From Planctomycetota bacterium (GTDB lineage Bacteria > Planctomycetota > GCA-002687715 > CAIWVZ01): a stretch of 64,000 bases of DNA. The stretch's first letter is position 1, and each line of letters opens with the position of its first letter. The notes below the pieces were generated by a model. That model searched no databases. It saw only the letters and a program-made list of their open reading frames with translations, and was not told where the DNA came from. Shown here piece after piece: positions 18,489 to 28,630 of the stretch. Where the stretch lies: assembly GCA_044222185.1 (NCBI GenBank), contig JBGANV010000002.1, positions 282,061 to 346,060 of the forward strand, given 5' to 3'. The position numbers and the translations under genes were made by a program.

Positions 18489-18515
18489 CGCGCAGATCTC
18501 TGACCCGGAGCGGAT

Positions 18516-18619
18516 CGTCGAAGGAGCGCCAGTCTTCCGCCGTCCCGGCGGAGACTGGCCGGATCTCCGCGCGTCCCGCGCGGGCCAACCGGCGTCGATC
18601 GCGGTGCGGTGCGAGATCA
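18516..18619. repeat. Copy 1 of a ~104-bp direct repeat containing a strong GC hairpin
   Basis: The copy at 18782-18885 is identical apart from about 3 substitutions. The hairpin is gcgccagtcttccgcc-gtcc-cggcggagactggc, followed by cgcgcgtcccgcgcggg. It begins 28 bp after the sigma gene stop. Confidence 0.8.
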
Positions 18620-18781
18620 CTGGTGGCTGAATGATCCTCGAACGTCCCGCGGCGAATCGACGGTCGCCGGACCGGACGCCGCCGCTGCCGCGGCGGGTCG
18701 ACCAGCGCTCCGTACGCGATCGTTCGAGAGGCGGGCGACTCCCGGGTTGCGGGTCTCGGGTTGCCGCGCAATCGCGTCGGC

Positions 18782-18885
18782 ATTCGAAGGAGCGCCAGTC
18801 TTCCGCCGTCCCGGCGGAGACTGGCCGGATCTCCGCGCGTCTCGCGCGGGCCAACCGGCATCGATCGCGGTGCGGTGCGAGATCA
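18782..18885. repeat. Copy 2 of the ~104-bp hairpin repeat
   Basis: See copy 1. The two copies flank a unique 162-bp segment (18620-18781). Confidence 0.8.
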
Positions 18886-18898
18886 CCCGCCTCGCCCC

Positions 18899-18928
18899 GA
18901 CCTTCGACGACGCCGACGCCGCGCTCTA
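18899..18928 (+). promoter_or_regulatory. Possible sigma-70-type promoter TTCGAC-N18-TACAAT immediately upstream of rhaM (would give a near-leaderless transcript)
   Basis: TACAAT at 18923-18928 is 13 nt before the rhaM ATG, and TTCGAC lies 18 bp further upstream. No Shine-Dalgarno site lies in between. The sigma-70 consensus is borrowed from other phyla and may not apply here. Confidence 0.2.
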
Positions 18929-18940
18929 CAATCGGCTCCC

Positions 18941-19294
18941 ATGAGCGCTCCCGCGGTGCGACGATTTGGTTCGGTGATCGGAGTCAGGGCCGAGCGGCTC
19001 GACGAGTACAAGCGGCTGCATGCCGACGTCTGGCCGGGCGTCCTCGCGCGCATTCGCGAGTCGAACATCCGCAACTACTCGATCTACCTGCGCCGCCTCC
19101 CCGACGGCGAGCATTACCTCTTCAGTCATTTCGAGTACACCGGCACCGACTACGACGCCGACATGGCGAAGATCGCCGCGGACCCCGAGACCCAGCGCTG
19201 GTGGACGTTCTGCGAGCCTTGTCAGAAACCGCTGCCCGACCGCGCGCCCGGCGAATGGTGGGCCAGCATGGAAGAGGTCTTCCACTGCGAGTGA
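18941..19294 (+). CDS. rhaM: L-rhamnose mutarotase
   Basis: The family motif RNYSIYLRRLPDGEHYLFSHFEYTGTDYDADMAKIAADPETQRWW is present. The 117-aa size is right for the family. The ORF-track N-terminal extension to 18761 runs through the repeat and is rejected. Confidence 0.7.
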   Translation: MSAPAVRRFGSVIGVRAERLDEYKRLHADVWPGVLARIRESNIRNYSIYLRRLPDGEHYLFSHFEYTGTDYDADMAKIAADPETQRWWTFCEPCQKPLPDRAPGEWWASMEEVFHCE

Positions 19295-19297
19295 CAG

Positions 19298-20167
19298 ATG
19301 CCCGTCATCGACGCCCACCAGCACTTCTGGGACCCGAACCGCGTGGCCTATCCGTGGCTCACGCCCAAGCACGGACCGCTCTACCGCGCCTTCGCGCCAG
19401 CGGACCTCGTTCCTGAAATTGCCGCCGCGGGCATCGACGGCACGGTGCTCGTGCAGGCCGCGGATTCGAACGAGGACACCGAATCCATGCTCGCCATCGC
19501 CGCGGAACACGACTTCGTGCGCGGCGTCGTCGCGTGGATTCCGCTGCTGGATCCGCCCGCCGCGAAGTCGGCGCTGGACCGTCTGCGCGCCAATTCCAAG
19601 GTCCGCGGAATCCGTCACCTCATCCACGACGAGCCCGACCCCGATTGGCTCGATCGCCCGACCGTCCAGCAGAGCCTCGCGCACGTGGCCGCGAGTGGAC
19701 TCACGTTCGACGTCGTCTCCGCACTCCCCCGTCACCTCGAGCTCGTGATGGCGATCGCCGAGCGGTTGCCCCACCTCCGTCTGGTGCTCGATCACCTCTC
19801 GCGCCCGCCGATCCGGTCACGCGGGTGGGAGCCCTGGGCGACGGTCATGGCGCGGTGCGCTGAATACCCCAACGTCTTCGCCAAGGTGTCCGGTCTCGGC
19901 ACGGAGGCCGATTGGTCGACCTGGACCGCCGCCGACCTTTCGCCCTACGTCGAACATGCCCGCCGCTGCTTCGGCGCACAGCGTCTCATGTTCGGCTCCG
20001 ACTGGCCCGTGGCGCTCCTCGCCGGTGACTACGCACGCGTCGTCCGCGAAACGCGCGCCTGCGTCGCCCACTGGTCCGCAGCCGAGCAGCGCTCGCTGTT
20101 CGGCGCGACGGCGGCGGCGTTCTATGGGATCCCGCGCGCGGTGGCGAGCGGCGGCTCCACCGCCTGA
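19298..20167 (+). CDS. Amidohydrolase-2 family metal-dependent hydrolase (sugar-acid lactonase-like, e.g. L-rhamnono/L-fucono-1,4-lactonase)
   Basis: Starts MPVIDAHQHFWDP (the HxH metal site of amidohydrolase 2). It is 289 aa. It begins 4 bp after the rhaM stop, suggesting an operon. Confidence 0.65.
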   Translation: MPVIDAHQHFWDPNRVAYPWLTPKHGPLYRAFAPADLVPEIAAAGIDGTVLVQAADSNEDTESMLAIAAEHDFVRGVVAWIPLLDPPAAKSALDRLRANSKVRGIRHLIHDEPDPDWLDRPTVQQSLAHVAASGLTFDVVSALPRHLELVMAIAERLPHLRLVLDHLSRPPIRSRGWEPWATVMARCAEYPNVFAKVSGLGTEADWSTWTAADLSPYVEHARRCFGAQRLMFGSDWPVALLAGDYARVVRETRACVAHWSAAEQRSLFGATAAAFYGIPRAVASGGSTA

Positions 20168-20168
20168 G

Positions 20169-20780
20169 TCAGGGCACCGGCGCCCCCGCCTCGACCCACG
20201 CGGCGAAGTGGCGCGCGAACTCGGAGTGTGAAAGCGGCGGCAGCGATCGGCCCTCGCCGGGGTTCCAGCTGCCGAGCACGAGCGCGTCGTGCGTCACGTG
20301 ATCGACGAGCTGTGCCAGCGACCGTCCCTTGGTCTGTGAAGGCTCCTTGAACTGAAGGGCCAGCTCTCGAGCGGAGCGTCCTTGGAAGATCATGGGTGCT
20401 TCGGGCGGAGGCAGGTGCCACTCGGGATTCCCGGGAGGCATGTGCGCTCCGGGCACGTTCTCGGCCTGGTGGCACGCCGAGCAGGTCATGCCGAAGCGGC
20501 CATTTCCCGCCGGACCTCGCTTCACTCCCTGCGGGTGCGGATGACTGTCGTCGCCCACGAGAGGCACGTCCCCCGCGGGATGACAGTTCATGCATCGTGG
20601 ATGCATGAAGACCGGATAGGCCGCGAGGAACGAGTCCCACGATCCGGAGGCGCTCCTGGCGGGCGTGATCGCGGTCGCTGACCCACGTTCGTCGGTTCGC
20701 TCCGATGCGCAGGCGGCAGCGAGCACGAAGACGACGGCGATCCAGCCGGCGTGTTCCAGATTCCTGCGGCTCGTCTTCAT
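20169..20780 (-). CDS. Di-haem c-type cytochrome lipoprotein, a likely electron-acceptor subunit for the adjacent molybdenum hydroxylase
   Basis: Signal peptide with lipobox: [24 protein letters not shown]. Two CxxCH motifs (CMNCH and CSACH). It lies last in the minus-strand operon and overlaps the large-subunit stop. Confidence 0.55.
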   Translation of the reverse strand: MKTSRRNLEHAGWIAVVFVLAAACASERTDERGSATAITPARSASGSWDSFLAAYPVFMHPRCMNCHPAGDVPLVGDDSHPHPQGVKRGPAGNGRFGMTCSACHQAENVPGAHMPPGNPEWHLPPPEAPMIFQGRSARELALQFKEPSQTKGRSLAQLVDHVTHDALVLGSWNPGEGRSLPPLSHSEFARHFAAWVEAGAPVP

Positions 20781-22951
20781 CGGAGGTCCTCCGCGCGAAT
20801 CGGGAGACGACGAATGCGTTTGCCCGTCACCGCGAACAACGCGTTCGCGAGCGCGGGCGCAACGGGAGGAACGCAGGGTTCGCCGACGCCTCCCATCTTC
20901 TCGCCGCTGTCCATCACGTGAGCTTCGACGGTCGGCATCTCGTTCATGCGCAGGATCGGATAGTCACGGAAGTTGCTCTGCTCGACGCGACCCTTGGCGA
21001 ACGTGATCTCGCCGAAGAGCGCCGCCGAAAGCGCGAACGTCGTTCCGCCTTCGACCTGGGCCTTGGCCGCGTCCGGATTGACGACGGTTCCCGGGTCGAT
21101 GACGCCGACGACGCGGTGGACGCGCGGTCGCCCGTCGGGCCCCACCGACGCTTCGACGACCGCGGCGCCGACGCTCTCGAACGAAGCGTGCATGGCGATG
21201 CCGCGCCCGCGTCCCGCGGCCAGGGGCCCACCCCAACCCGACTTCGCCGCCACGAGGTCGAGCACACGCAAGAGCCGCGGCTGCTTCGCCAGGAGCGCGC
21301 GACGAAACGCCACGGGATCCTGCCCGGCTGCGTGCGCCATCTCGTCGACGAGGGTCTCGACGACGAACGCCGTGTGCGAGTGTCCGACGGATCGCCACCA
21401 GAGCACCGGCACGACGCCGGGCGCCCGCATCCACTCGATGCGGACGTTGGGGATGGCGTAGGGCAGCTCCCGCACGCCTTCGACGGCCGTGTCGTCCACG
21501 CCGTCCTTCACGGTGAACGCCTCGAAGGGCGTCCCTGCCATCAGCGATTGACTGGTGGTTCGGTGCGACCACGCCGTCGGCATTCCCGACGCATCGAACG
21601 CGATCGTGACCGCGTGATGCGCCCGCGGCCGGTAGTACCCGCCGCGCATGTCGTCCTCGCGCGTCCAGATGACCTTGACGGGTCGACCGACGGCCTTCGA
21701 GAGCTGCACCGCCTCCCGAACGAAGTGCGAGTCGACGACGGCCCGTCGCCCAAAACCTCCGCCGAGGAGCGTCGTGTGCAGCTTGACCTGCTCCTTCGGC
21801 AATCCGGCCTCTTCGGCGGCCGCGTCGCGATCACCCGTCTGGAATTGCGTTCCGACCCACACCTCGGCGCCATCGCGGCGAACGTCGGCGACGCAGTTGA
21901 GCGGCTCCATGGGGGCGTGGGCCAGATAGGGAAGGTCATAGACGGCCTCGATCGTGCGTGCCGCCTTTGCGATGGCGCCGGGGGCATCGCCGTCGTTGCG
22001 CGCCACCGCGCCCGGCCCGCGGGCGAGGGTCGCGTACTCCTCACCCTGGGTCTTCGAATCGAGCGCGCCCTGCGGACCGTCATCCCATTGGATCTTCAGC
22101 GCGTCGCGGCCGAGGCGCGCCGCGTGGAATCCGTCGGCGACGACGGCAACCCCGCGCGGAATGGCGATGACATCCTTCACGCCGGGTGTGGCCTTCGCCA
22201 CGTCCGCATCGAAGGAGATCATCCTCCCACCGAACACCGGCGGCCTGGCAATCACCGCCACGAGCATCCCCGGCAGCCGCACGTCCATGCCGAACACGGC
22301 GCGGCCGTTCGTCTTGTCCGGCGTGTCGACGCGATTCGTGACGCGCCCGACGATCGTGAACGTCTTGGGATCCTTCAGCTCCACGTCCTTGGGCGGAGTC
22401 AGTCGCGCCGCCTCGCGCGCGAGACTGCCGAACGACGCGTGGCGCTTCGTGTTCGGGTGATGGACGTGACCGCGCTCGGCCCGGCATTCGGTCGTCGCGA
22501 CGCCCCACCGCTGCGCCGCCGCGGCGACGAGCATCACGCGGGCGGACGCTCCCGCCTTTCGGAGCCGCTCGAACTCCGTCCACGTGCTCGTGCTGCCTCC
22601 GGTCATCTGCACGCCGTAGACGGTGTGGTTGTACGCCGGATCCACGGGCGCCGACTCGGCGCGCACCTTCGACCAGTCGGCCTCCATCTCCTCGCTGACG
22701 AGCATGGCGGCCGTCGTGTACGTCCCCTGCCCCATCTCCGAGTGCGGCACGAGCACCGTCACCGTGTCGTCCTCGCCCACGCGAACGAAGGCGTTCGGCG
22801 CGAAGGGCTTACCGGATGCTTCCGGGCGCCCAGCACCCGCGGTGGCGCACCCGGCCGGCATGGTGACGCCGAGCAGGAGGCCACCGGCCGCGAGCGCGCC
22901 GAACCGCAGGAAATCCCGCCGACTGTGGCTCAAGTTGAGCACGCCGCTCAT
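20777..22951 (-). CDS. Molybdopterin-binding large subunit of an IorB/CoxL-type xanthine-dehydrogenase-family oxidoreductase (aldehyde or N-heterocycle hydroxylase), TAT-exported
   Basis: Twin-arginine signal [28 protein letters not shown]. The protein is about 725 aa and carries Moco-subunit stretches (GGGFGRR, QVEGG). The ORF-track N-extension to 23353 is rejected because it overlaps the small subunit. The start overlaps the upstream gene's stop (ATGA). Confidence 0.8.
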   Translation of the reverse strand: MSGVLNLSHSRRDFLRFGALAAGGLLLGVTMPAGCATAGAGRPEASGKPFAPNAFVRVGEDDTVTVLVPHSEMGQGTYTTAAMLVSEEMEADWSKVRAESAPVDPAYNHTVYGVQMTGGSTSTWTEFERLRKAGASARVMLVAAAAQRWGVATTECRAERGHVHHPNTKRHASFGSLAREAARLTPPKDVELKDPKTFTIVGRVTNRVDTPDKTNGRAVFGMDVRLPGMLVAVIARPPVFGGRMISFDADVAKATPGVKDVIAIPRGVAVVADGFHAARLGRDALKIQWDDGPQGALDSKTQGEEYATLARGPGAVARNDGDAPGAIAKAARTIEAVYDLPYLAHAPMEPLNCVADVRRDGAEVWVGTQFQTGDRDAAAEEAGLPKEQVKLHTTLLGGGFGRRAVVDSHFVREAVQLSKAVGRPVKVIWTREDDMRGGYYRPRAHHAVTIAFDASGMPTAWSHRTTSQSLMAGTPFEAFTVKDGVDDTAVEGVRELPYAIPNVRIEWMRAPGVVPVLWWRSVGHSHTAFVVETLVDEMAHAAGQDPVAFRRALLAKQPRLLRVLDLVAAKSGWGGPLAAGRGRGIAMHASFESVGAAVVEASVGPDGRPRVHRVVGVIDPGTVVNPDAAKAQVEGGTTFALSAALFGEITFAKGRVEQSNFRDYPILRMNEMPTVEAHVMDSGEKMGGVGEPCVPPVAPALANALFAVTGKRIRRLPIRAEDLR

Positions 22952-23418
22952 TTGGGGGCTCCCGTGCGCAGCGAATCGGCAGCGCGGTGGATCGCCGTCC
23001 GGATCCGACAGTAGGTTCCGCACCGGCAGAGGTTGCCCGACATGGCGTCGTCGATGTCGTCGTCCGACGGTGATTTCGTTTCGGCGAGGAGGATTGCCGC
23101 GGACATGATCTGCCCCGATTGGCAGTAGCCGCATTGGGGCACCTCCTCGGCGACCCAGGCGGATCTCAGCGCCGCGCCCGCGGGAGTTTCGAGCCCCTCG
23201 ATGGTGACGACGCGCTTCCCCACGGCGCGCGAGACGGGCGCCACGCACGAGCGGACCGCCTCCCCGTCGATGTGCACCGTGCACGCTCCGCAGAGCGCGA
23301 CGCCGCACCCGAACTTGGTTCCCGTGAGTCCGAGGGTCTCGCGCAGCACCCAAAGAAGCGGCGTGTCGGGCCGTACGTCGGCAGTGACCGCGTTCCCGTT
23401 GACGTTCAGTTCAAGCAT
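22948..23418 (-). CDS. [2Fe-2S] small subunit of the molybdenum hydroxylase (IorA/CoxS-like)
   Basis: Plant-ferredoxin-type cluster motif [11 protein letters not shown] and a second cluster motif [10 protein letters not shown]...CRCGTYCRI. It starts at [11 protein letters not shown] and is 156 aa. Confidence 0.8.
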   Translation of the reverse strand: MLELNVNGNAVTADVRPDTPLLWVLRETLGLTGTKFGCGVALCGACTVHIDGEAVRSCVAPVSRAVGKRVVTIEGLETPAGAALRSAWVAEEVPQCGYCQSGQIMSAAILLAETKSPSDDDIDDAMSGNLCRCGTYCRIRTAIHRAADSLRTGAPK

Positions 23419-23476
23419 CGGGTCGGCCTTTCCCTTGTCGGCGAAGCGACGCCGATTGTAGGCGTGAGCCGAGTCA

Positions 23477-24685
23477 ATGACAGAGCCGACGTGTGCGACT
23501 AGAATGCCCGCCATGTTCACCCGTGACTCCGTGCTCTCGGCCGTCACCACGATCGCTCACGGGTTCGCGTCTCAGCGAAGCCTGCGCCAGCAGCGGCGCG
23601 AGCTCGACGCCTTGGATTTCGACGCCCTTCGACAGGCAGGCTTCGCGCGAGCGACCATTCCAGTGGAATCGGGCGGACTCTTCACGGACACGCGCGGATC
23701 GGTGCGCTTCCTCGCTGAGCTGTTGCGAATCCTCGCCACGGGTGATTCGTCCGTGGCCCTCGTCGCCGCCATGCATCCGGCCGTGATCTCGTACTGGCTC
23801 GTGCTCGCCGAGATCGCCGGCGCCAAGCGCGAGCAATGGATCGCACAGAGGGATCGCATCTCGCTTGCCGTGCGGGGCGGTGCATGGTTCGGGACGATCA
23901 CCTCTGAACCCGGCAGCGGCGGAGACATCGCGAAGACCAAGGCCGTGGCCATCCCGGGCGCCGACGGCGGACCCTGGGAGCTCACCGGGGCGAAGCACTT
24001 CGGGAGCGGCTCAGGAATCACGTCGTTCATGGTGACGACGGCGCGGGTCGGCGGGATCGGGGCTCCGGACATCTTCCTGTTGGACACCCGCACGACGGAT
24101 TGGAGCGGGGCGTCAGGAATGAAGCTCGTCGCTCCCTGGGACGGTCACGGGATGACGGCGACCCAGAGCCACGCGTTCCAGTTCACGTCCTTTCCGGCCG
24201 AGCGCCACGCGTTCGCCGACAGTCTGGAGTTCATCCTCGCGGCTTCCGGAGGCTTCATCGGCTGCCTGTTCGCCGCTGTTTTCGTGGGAATCGTCGAGAC
24301 GGCAGTGGCCGAGGCCGAGCGAGCTCTGACCCCGCGCCGTGCCGACCTGCGCCCCTTCGAGCAGTTCGCATGGACACAGGCGGTGACCGATGCGTGGCTC
24401 GTGCGGCAGGCCTATGAAGGGATGCTGCGCTCGGTCGAAGCCGACGGCGGTACGCCCGTGGACGTGCTGCGCGGCAAGGCGGCCATCGCCGAACTCGCCG
24501 AATCGACGCTCCGCAACCTCTGCACCGTCGTCGGCGGCGGGACGTACTCGCGTCGTTCGCCGTTCGGGTTCTGGTTCGAGGACGTACGTGCGCTCGGGTT
24601 TCTGCGCCCGCCGCTCCCCCTCCTTCACGACCGACTGTTCCGCGCGTCGTTCGCTGCGACGGCGTCGAGCGCGCAGGACGTGTGA
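23477..24685 (+). CDS. Acyl-CoA dehydrogenase-fold flavoprotein (possibly a group-D flavin-dependent monooxygenase)
   Basis: [46 protein letters not shown] resembles the ACAD middle/C-terminal domains, as in DszC/HpaH. The true start may be the ATG at 23504 (MPAMFTR). Confidence 0.55.
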   Translation: MTEPTCATRMPAMFTRDSVLSAVTTIAHGFASQRSLRQQRRELDALDFDALRQAGFARATIPVESGGLFTDTRGSVRFLAELLRILATGDSSVALVAAMHPAVISYWLVLAEIAGAKREQWIAQRDRISLAVRGGAWFGTITSEPGSGGDIAKTKAVAIPGADGGPWELTGAKHFGSGSGITSFMVTTARVGGIGAPDIFLLDTRTTDWSGASGMKLVAPWDGHGMTATQSHAFQFTSFPAERHAFADSLEFILAASGGFIGCLFAAVFVGIVETAVAEAERALTPRRADLRPFEQFAWTQAVTDAWLVRQAYEGMLRSVEADGGTPVDVLRGKAAIAELAESTLRNLCTVVGGGTYSRRSPFGFWFEDVRALGFLRPPLPLLHDRLFRASFAATASSAQDV

Positions 24686-24930
24686 ACTCGAAGCTCAGCG
24701 GACCGTGTAGCCGATCGGCGTGGAGATGCAGCCCACGGCTGCCCCCGTCACGTCGACGCTGATCGCGCCGCGCGAACGACCCGGCGGCAGGCTGAAGGGA
24801 CCGAACGTCGCGGTCGTCGACGAACCCCGTGGGTCAGATGTCCACGACCTGCCAGCCCGGACCGCCAAAGCGCGCGCACCGGGCGCCGCGGCGTTTCGCA
24901 GGCTGCCTCTCGCTCACGCACGGTCTCGTT

Positions 24931-26739
24931 TCACGGGATCCGAAGTCGCGCGTAGCTCGAGATCCGGAAGCCCGGCGGCAAGAGCGACCCGCAGACGGCC
25001 TGGGCGCCGAACGTGAGCCCATGCAGGTTCGGGTCGTTCGGAACGACGAAGCCGAGGGTGGCCGTGTCGCCGATCCCCGTGGTGAGCGTCCCCACCTCGA
25101 AGACGGGCCACATCCACACGACGCCGGGCAGACCGAGGTCGAGCGCTGGGTTCAACTCGTTGAAGCCCATGACGAACGTCGCCGGATTCCCCGCCGGCCA
25201 CTGGACCCTCACGAAGCCGTTGCCCCCGAGCTGATACGCCGCCGCGGCATCGGAGGTGGTCAGCGCGGGATGACCGTTCAGCGGATCGATGTCGGATGCA
25301 TTGGGAAGCCCGTCACCATCGGCGTCGCCCCCGTACTGGAACAGGCCCATCATGCCCAGCCCCATGTGCATGACGTCGTGGCAGTGGATCACCCAGCGCC
25401 CGGGATTGTCGGCGATGAACTGCAACGACTGACTGCTCGCGCCGAGGCCGATCGGGCGGATCAGGATCGTGTCCTTGATCGGCGGCGCGGTCGTTCCGCC
25501 GGCCGTGTTCATCAGGCGCATGCGATGCCCGTGGAAGTGGATCGGGTGCCACATCTCCCCGGTCATCATCATCATCGGCATGGTGTTGTTCAGGTTCAGT
25601 TGAACCTGGTCGTTCGGCGAGACGGCGAACGGAGTGACGTTGGGCCACGCCTGGCCGTTGAACGTGAACGCCATCGTCATGGATCCCATCATCCCGCTCA
25701 TGGTCATCCCGAGGGCGATGGAGTAGTTGCGGTTCGGGGCCGCAGTGATGGCGGGGACTGGATCGGCCGCGGCCAGGTTCGTGTAGTCGAGCAGCGTGCC
25801 CGTCGAGACGTTGGCAGGGACGAACGATGCCGAGGGCACCGGGTTCGTCGCGCCGGCATAGGCGACGACCGCTCGAACGAGGGTCGCATTTCGGTTGGTG
25901 ATCGCAGCAGCCGCGAGGCTCCACACCCCCGGATTCGTCAGATCGACGATGACGTCATAGCGCTCGCCGACCCCGATCGGGATCGCCTGGCGCACGACGG
26001 GAACGACGCGCCGTCCATCGGCATGAGTGACCGTCATGGGATGGCCGTCGAGCGCCACCACGTAGTGCGTCATGGCCGCCGCGTTGATGAAACGCAGGCG
26101 GAGCCGCTGACCGGCCGTCACTCCGATGGGAACCTGGCCCGCGCTCGTCTTGCCGTTGATGAGGTTGCCGGTGAACGCACTCGTCCCAGGGAACGCCGGC
26201 ATCGTCATGGAGCCCATCATTCCCATGCTCATGCTCAACGGGCCGACGGAGTCGTCGAGGATGATGGTGCGCTCCAGATCGAATGGTGGATCGGCGGCCG
26301 GGTTGGCGGGATCGACGATGAGCGCGCCCTGGAGGCCCGTGTTCATCTGGTTCTCCGCGTGCGGATGGAACCAGAACGTCCCGGACTCGTTCGCGACGAA
26401 CTGGTAGGTGAACTCCTGGCCCGGCGCGACCGCCGGACGGGACACCCCGGGGACGCCGTCCATCCCCGCGGGGATCTCCAAGCCGTGCCAATGGATCGAG
26501 CTGGGCTCCGCCAGGTTGTTCACGAAGCGAACCTTCAGCGTCTGGCCTTCGGTCACGCGGAGCACGGGGCCCGGCATGGTGCCGTTGTAGGCCCCGACCG
26601 TCAGTGCCGTTCCCGGCTGGGGCTGGACCGTCGCGAGTCCGGCGGTCACGGTGTATTCGACGACCTGGGCGCGGAGGGCGCTCGCCAGCGCGAGAGCAAC
26701 CAACGGCAACGTGAAGTTTCGACGAACGAAGAGCCTCAT
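24931..26739 (-). CDS. Secreted three-domain multicopper oxidase (CueO/PcoA-like) with Met-rich segments and an unusual ~130-aa C-terminal extension
   Basis: Signal peptide MRLFVRRNFTLPLVALALASALRAQ after a GGAG ribosome-binding site. Copper ligand motifs are HWHG, HPHAENQ, HPIHFHGH and HCHDVMHMGLGMMGLF. Met-rich stretches are MSMGMMGSMTMP, GMTMSGMMGSMTMAF and MPMMMMTGEM. The ORF-track N-extension to 27087 is rejected. Confidence 0.8.
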   Translation of the reverse strand: MRLFVRRNFTLPLVALALASALRAQVVEYTVTAGLATVQPQPGTALTVGAYNGTMPGPVLRVTEGQTLKVRFVNNLAEPSSIHWHGLEIPAGMDGVPGVSRPAVAPGQEFTYQFVANESGTFWFHPHAENQMNTGLQGALIVDPANPAADPPFDLERTIILDDSVGPLSMSMGMMGSMTMPAFPGTSAFTGNLINGKTSAGQVPIGVTAGQRLRLRFINAAAMTHYVVALDGHPMTVTHADGRRVVPVVRQAIPIGVGERYDVIVDLTNPGVWSLAAAAITNRNATLVRAVVAYAGATNPVPSASFVPANVSTGTLLDYTNLAAADPVPAITAAPNRNYSIALGMTMSGMMGSMTMAFTFNGQAWPNVTPFAVSPNDQVQLNLNNTMPMMMMTGEMWHPIHFHGHRMRLMNTAGGTTAPPIKDTILIRPIGLGASSQSLQFIADNPGRWVIHCHDVMHMGLGMMGLFQYGGDADGDGLPNASDIDPLNGHPALTTSDAAAAYQLGGNGFVRVQWPAGNPATFVMGFNELNPALDLGLPGVVWMWPVFEVGTLTTGIGDTATLGFVVPNDPNLHGLTFGAQAVCGSLLPPGFRISSYARLRIP

Positions 26740-27079
26740 GAGTCGATCTCCGGTGATTCGCTCCCGGCAACGGCGAGCCGGTTCGATTTGGACGCAGTCT
26801 ACGGTGCCGCGGCGCCTGCCTGTGTCGTCTGCGCCGGAAACCGTTGGGAACTGCGGCCTCCGACACCCTCCCCCACTCGCCAGACTTCGTACTCGAGCGA
26901 GTCCCACAGCCACGACGACACGCCGGCGAGCGGGTTCGACTCCCTGCGGAAACCGCGCGACGCCGGAGCCGTGACGCGCGACATCGCCCCACACTCTCCA
27001 CGGCTCCGTTCGAACGCCCCCGCTCCAATGCCAGCGAGGCCCTTCCTGTTTCGCGCATGTCCACGCACAACTACCACCG

Positions 27080-28546
27080 ATGACCAAGGTCGTGTTGTTG
27101 ACGGGGGCTACGGGATACGTGGGCGGACGCCTCCTGCCCCTCCTCCTGCAGCGTGGATGTCGGGTTCGGTGCCTGGCGCGGAAGCCCGAGGCGCTTCGCG
27201 GGCGCGTGCCGGCAGAGGTCGAGGTCGTCGCGGGAGACGTGCTCGACGCGGAATCGCTCGCCGCAGCGATGAAGGGCGTGGATCACGCCTACTATCTCGT
27301 GCACTCCATGGGGTCGGCGGGCGACTTCGCCGAGTCCGATCGGCTGGGTGCGGCGAATTTCGCCGCGGCTGCCGCGAAATCCGGCGTGAGAAGCCTCATT
27401 TACCTGGGTGGGCTCGGGGAGTCGTCGGCGCAACTGTCGCCGCATCTGCGGAGTCGTCAGGAAGTCGGCGACGTGCTGCGCGCGTCCGGCGTCCCCGTCG
27501 TCGAATTCCGCGCCTCCGTGATCATCGGGTCCGGGAGCCTCTCGTTCGAGATGGTCCGCGCGCTGACGGAGCGGCTGCCGATCCTCGTCACGCCGCGCTG
27601 GGTCCGCGTGCCGGCGCAACCCATCTTCATCGGGGACGTGCTCGCCTATCTCCTCGCCGCGTTGGACGTGCCCCGGGGACGGGAGCGCATCTTCGAGATC
27701 GGCGGCGCGGACGTGGTCTCCTACGGCGACGTCATGCGGGAGTACGCGCGCCAGCGAGGGCTTCGGAGGTGGATGATCCCCGTACCCGTCCTCACGCCGA
27801 AACTCTCGAGTCTGTGGCTCGGACTCGTGACGCCGCTCTACGCGCGGATCGGGAGGAAACTCATCGACAGCATGCGCCATCCGACGGTCGTTCGCGATGC
27901 GGCCGCGCGGAATGAGTTCGCGCTCGGGCCCATCGGCGTGCGCGAGGCCATCGCACGAGCGCTGCGCAACGAGGATGCGGATTTCGCCGTCACCCGCTGG
28001 TCGGATGCCTTCTCGGCCGCACGCACGCCCCAGCCGTTCGGCGGGACGCGTCTTGGGAACCGGCTCGTCGACTCGCGGTCGCTTCCGGTTGCGGCCCCGA
28101 CGGCGGCCGTCTTCGCGGCAGTCGAGCGCATCGGCGGAGCGAACGGCTGGTACTACGCGCAATCGTTGTGGCTGCTGCGCGGGTGGGTCGACCTCCTCGT
28201 CGGCGGCGTCGGAATGCGGCGCGGTAGACGGAACCCGACTCGTCTGGCAGTGGGCGACGTCCTCGATTGCTGGCGGGTCGAGTCCATCGAGCCAGGACGC
28301 CGACTGCGACTCGCGGCGGAGATGATTCTTCCGGGGCGCGCGTGGCTCGAGTTCGAGGTGACGGGTTCCGGCGACGGGAACGCGTCACAGCTCCGGCAGA
28401 CGGCGATCTTCGACCCTCGTGGCCTGGCCGGTCTCGCCTACTGGTACGGCATCTGGCCGCTTCACCAGCTCGTCTTCGCGGGGATGATCCGAGGGATCGC
28501 ACGCCGTGCCGTCAGGGAGCAGAAGTCCGGCTCGCAGTCCGGCTGA
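27080..28546 (+). CDS. NAD(P)-binding SDR/epimerase-like domain fused to a DUF2867 C-terminal domain
   Basis: Rossmann motif VVLLTGATGYVGGRLL. The C-terminal half matches the DUF2867 pattern (GWYYAQSLWLLRGWVDLLVGGVGMRRGRR...DCWRVE...AWLEFEV...YWYGIWPLH). Confidence 0.65.
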   Translation: MTKVVLLTGATGYVGGRLLPLLLQRGCRVRCLARKPEALRGRVPAEVEVVAGDVLDAESLAAAMKGVDHAYYLVHSMGSAGDFAESDRLGAANFAAAAAKSGVRSLIYLGGLGESSAQLSPHLRSRQEVGDVLRASGVPVVEFRASVIIGSGSLSFEMVRALTERLPILVTPRWVRVPAQPIFIGDVLAYLLAALDVPRGRERIFEIGGADVVSYGDVMREYARQRGLRRWMIPVPVLTPKLSSLWLGLVTPLYARIGRKLIDSMRHPTVVRDAAARNEFALGPIGVREAIARALRNEDADFAVTRWSDAFSAARTPQPFGGTRLGNRLVDSRSLPVAAPTAAVFAAVERIGGANGWYYAQSLWLLRGWVDLLVGGVGMRRGRRNPTRLAVGDVLDCWRVESIEPGRRLRLAAEMILPGRAWLEFEVTGSGDGNASQLRQTAIFDPRGLAGLAYWYGIWPLHQLVFAGMIRGIARRAVREQKSGSQSG

Positions 28547-28630
28547 CGGCGGACGGACCGTGGATCGAGACGCCCTGACGTCGCCCTCGTGACGACGGGG
28601 CGCGTGAGCGTCAGGCTGCCACCGTCGCGC

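Noticed and set aside
24829-27915. Very long antisense ORFs: 24829..27915 (+, 1028 aa), 12301..15306 (-, 1001 aa), 15134..17668 (-, 844 aa), 41728..44904 (-, 1058 aa), 1564..2736 (-), 3112..4107 (-), 7873..9279 (-), 29378..31015 (+), 20705..23014 (+), 17808..18854 (-)
   Set aside because: Each lies opposite a gene with clear, motif-supported homology (MCO, beta-helix repeat protein, STK, S9 peptidase, M16, and so on). Their translations are Arg/Gly/Asp-rich with no recognisable motifs, as expected for antisense frames in high-GC DNA.
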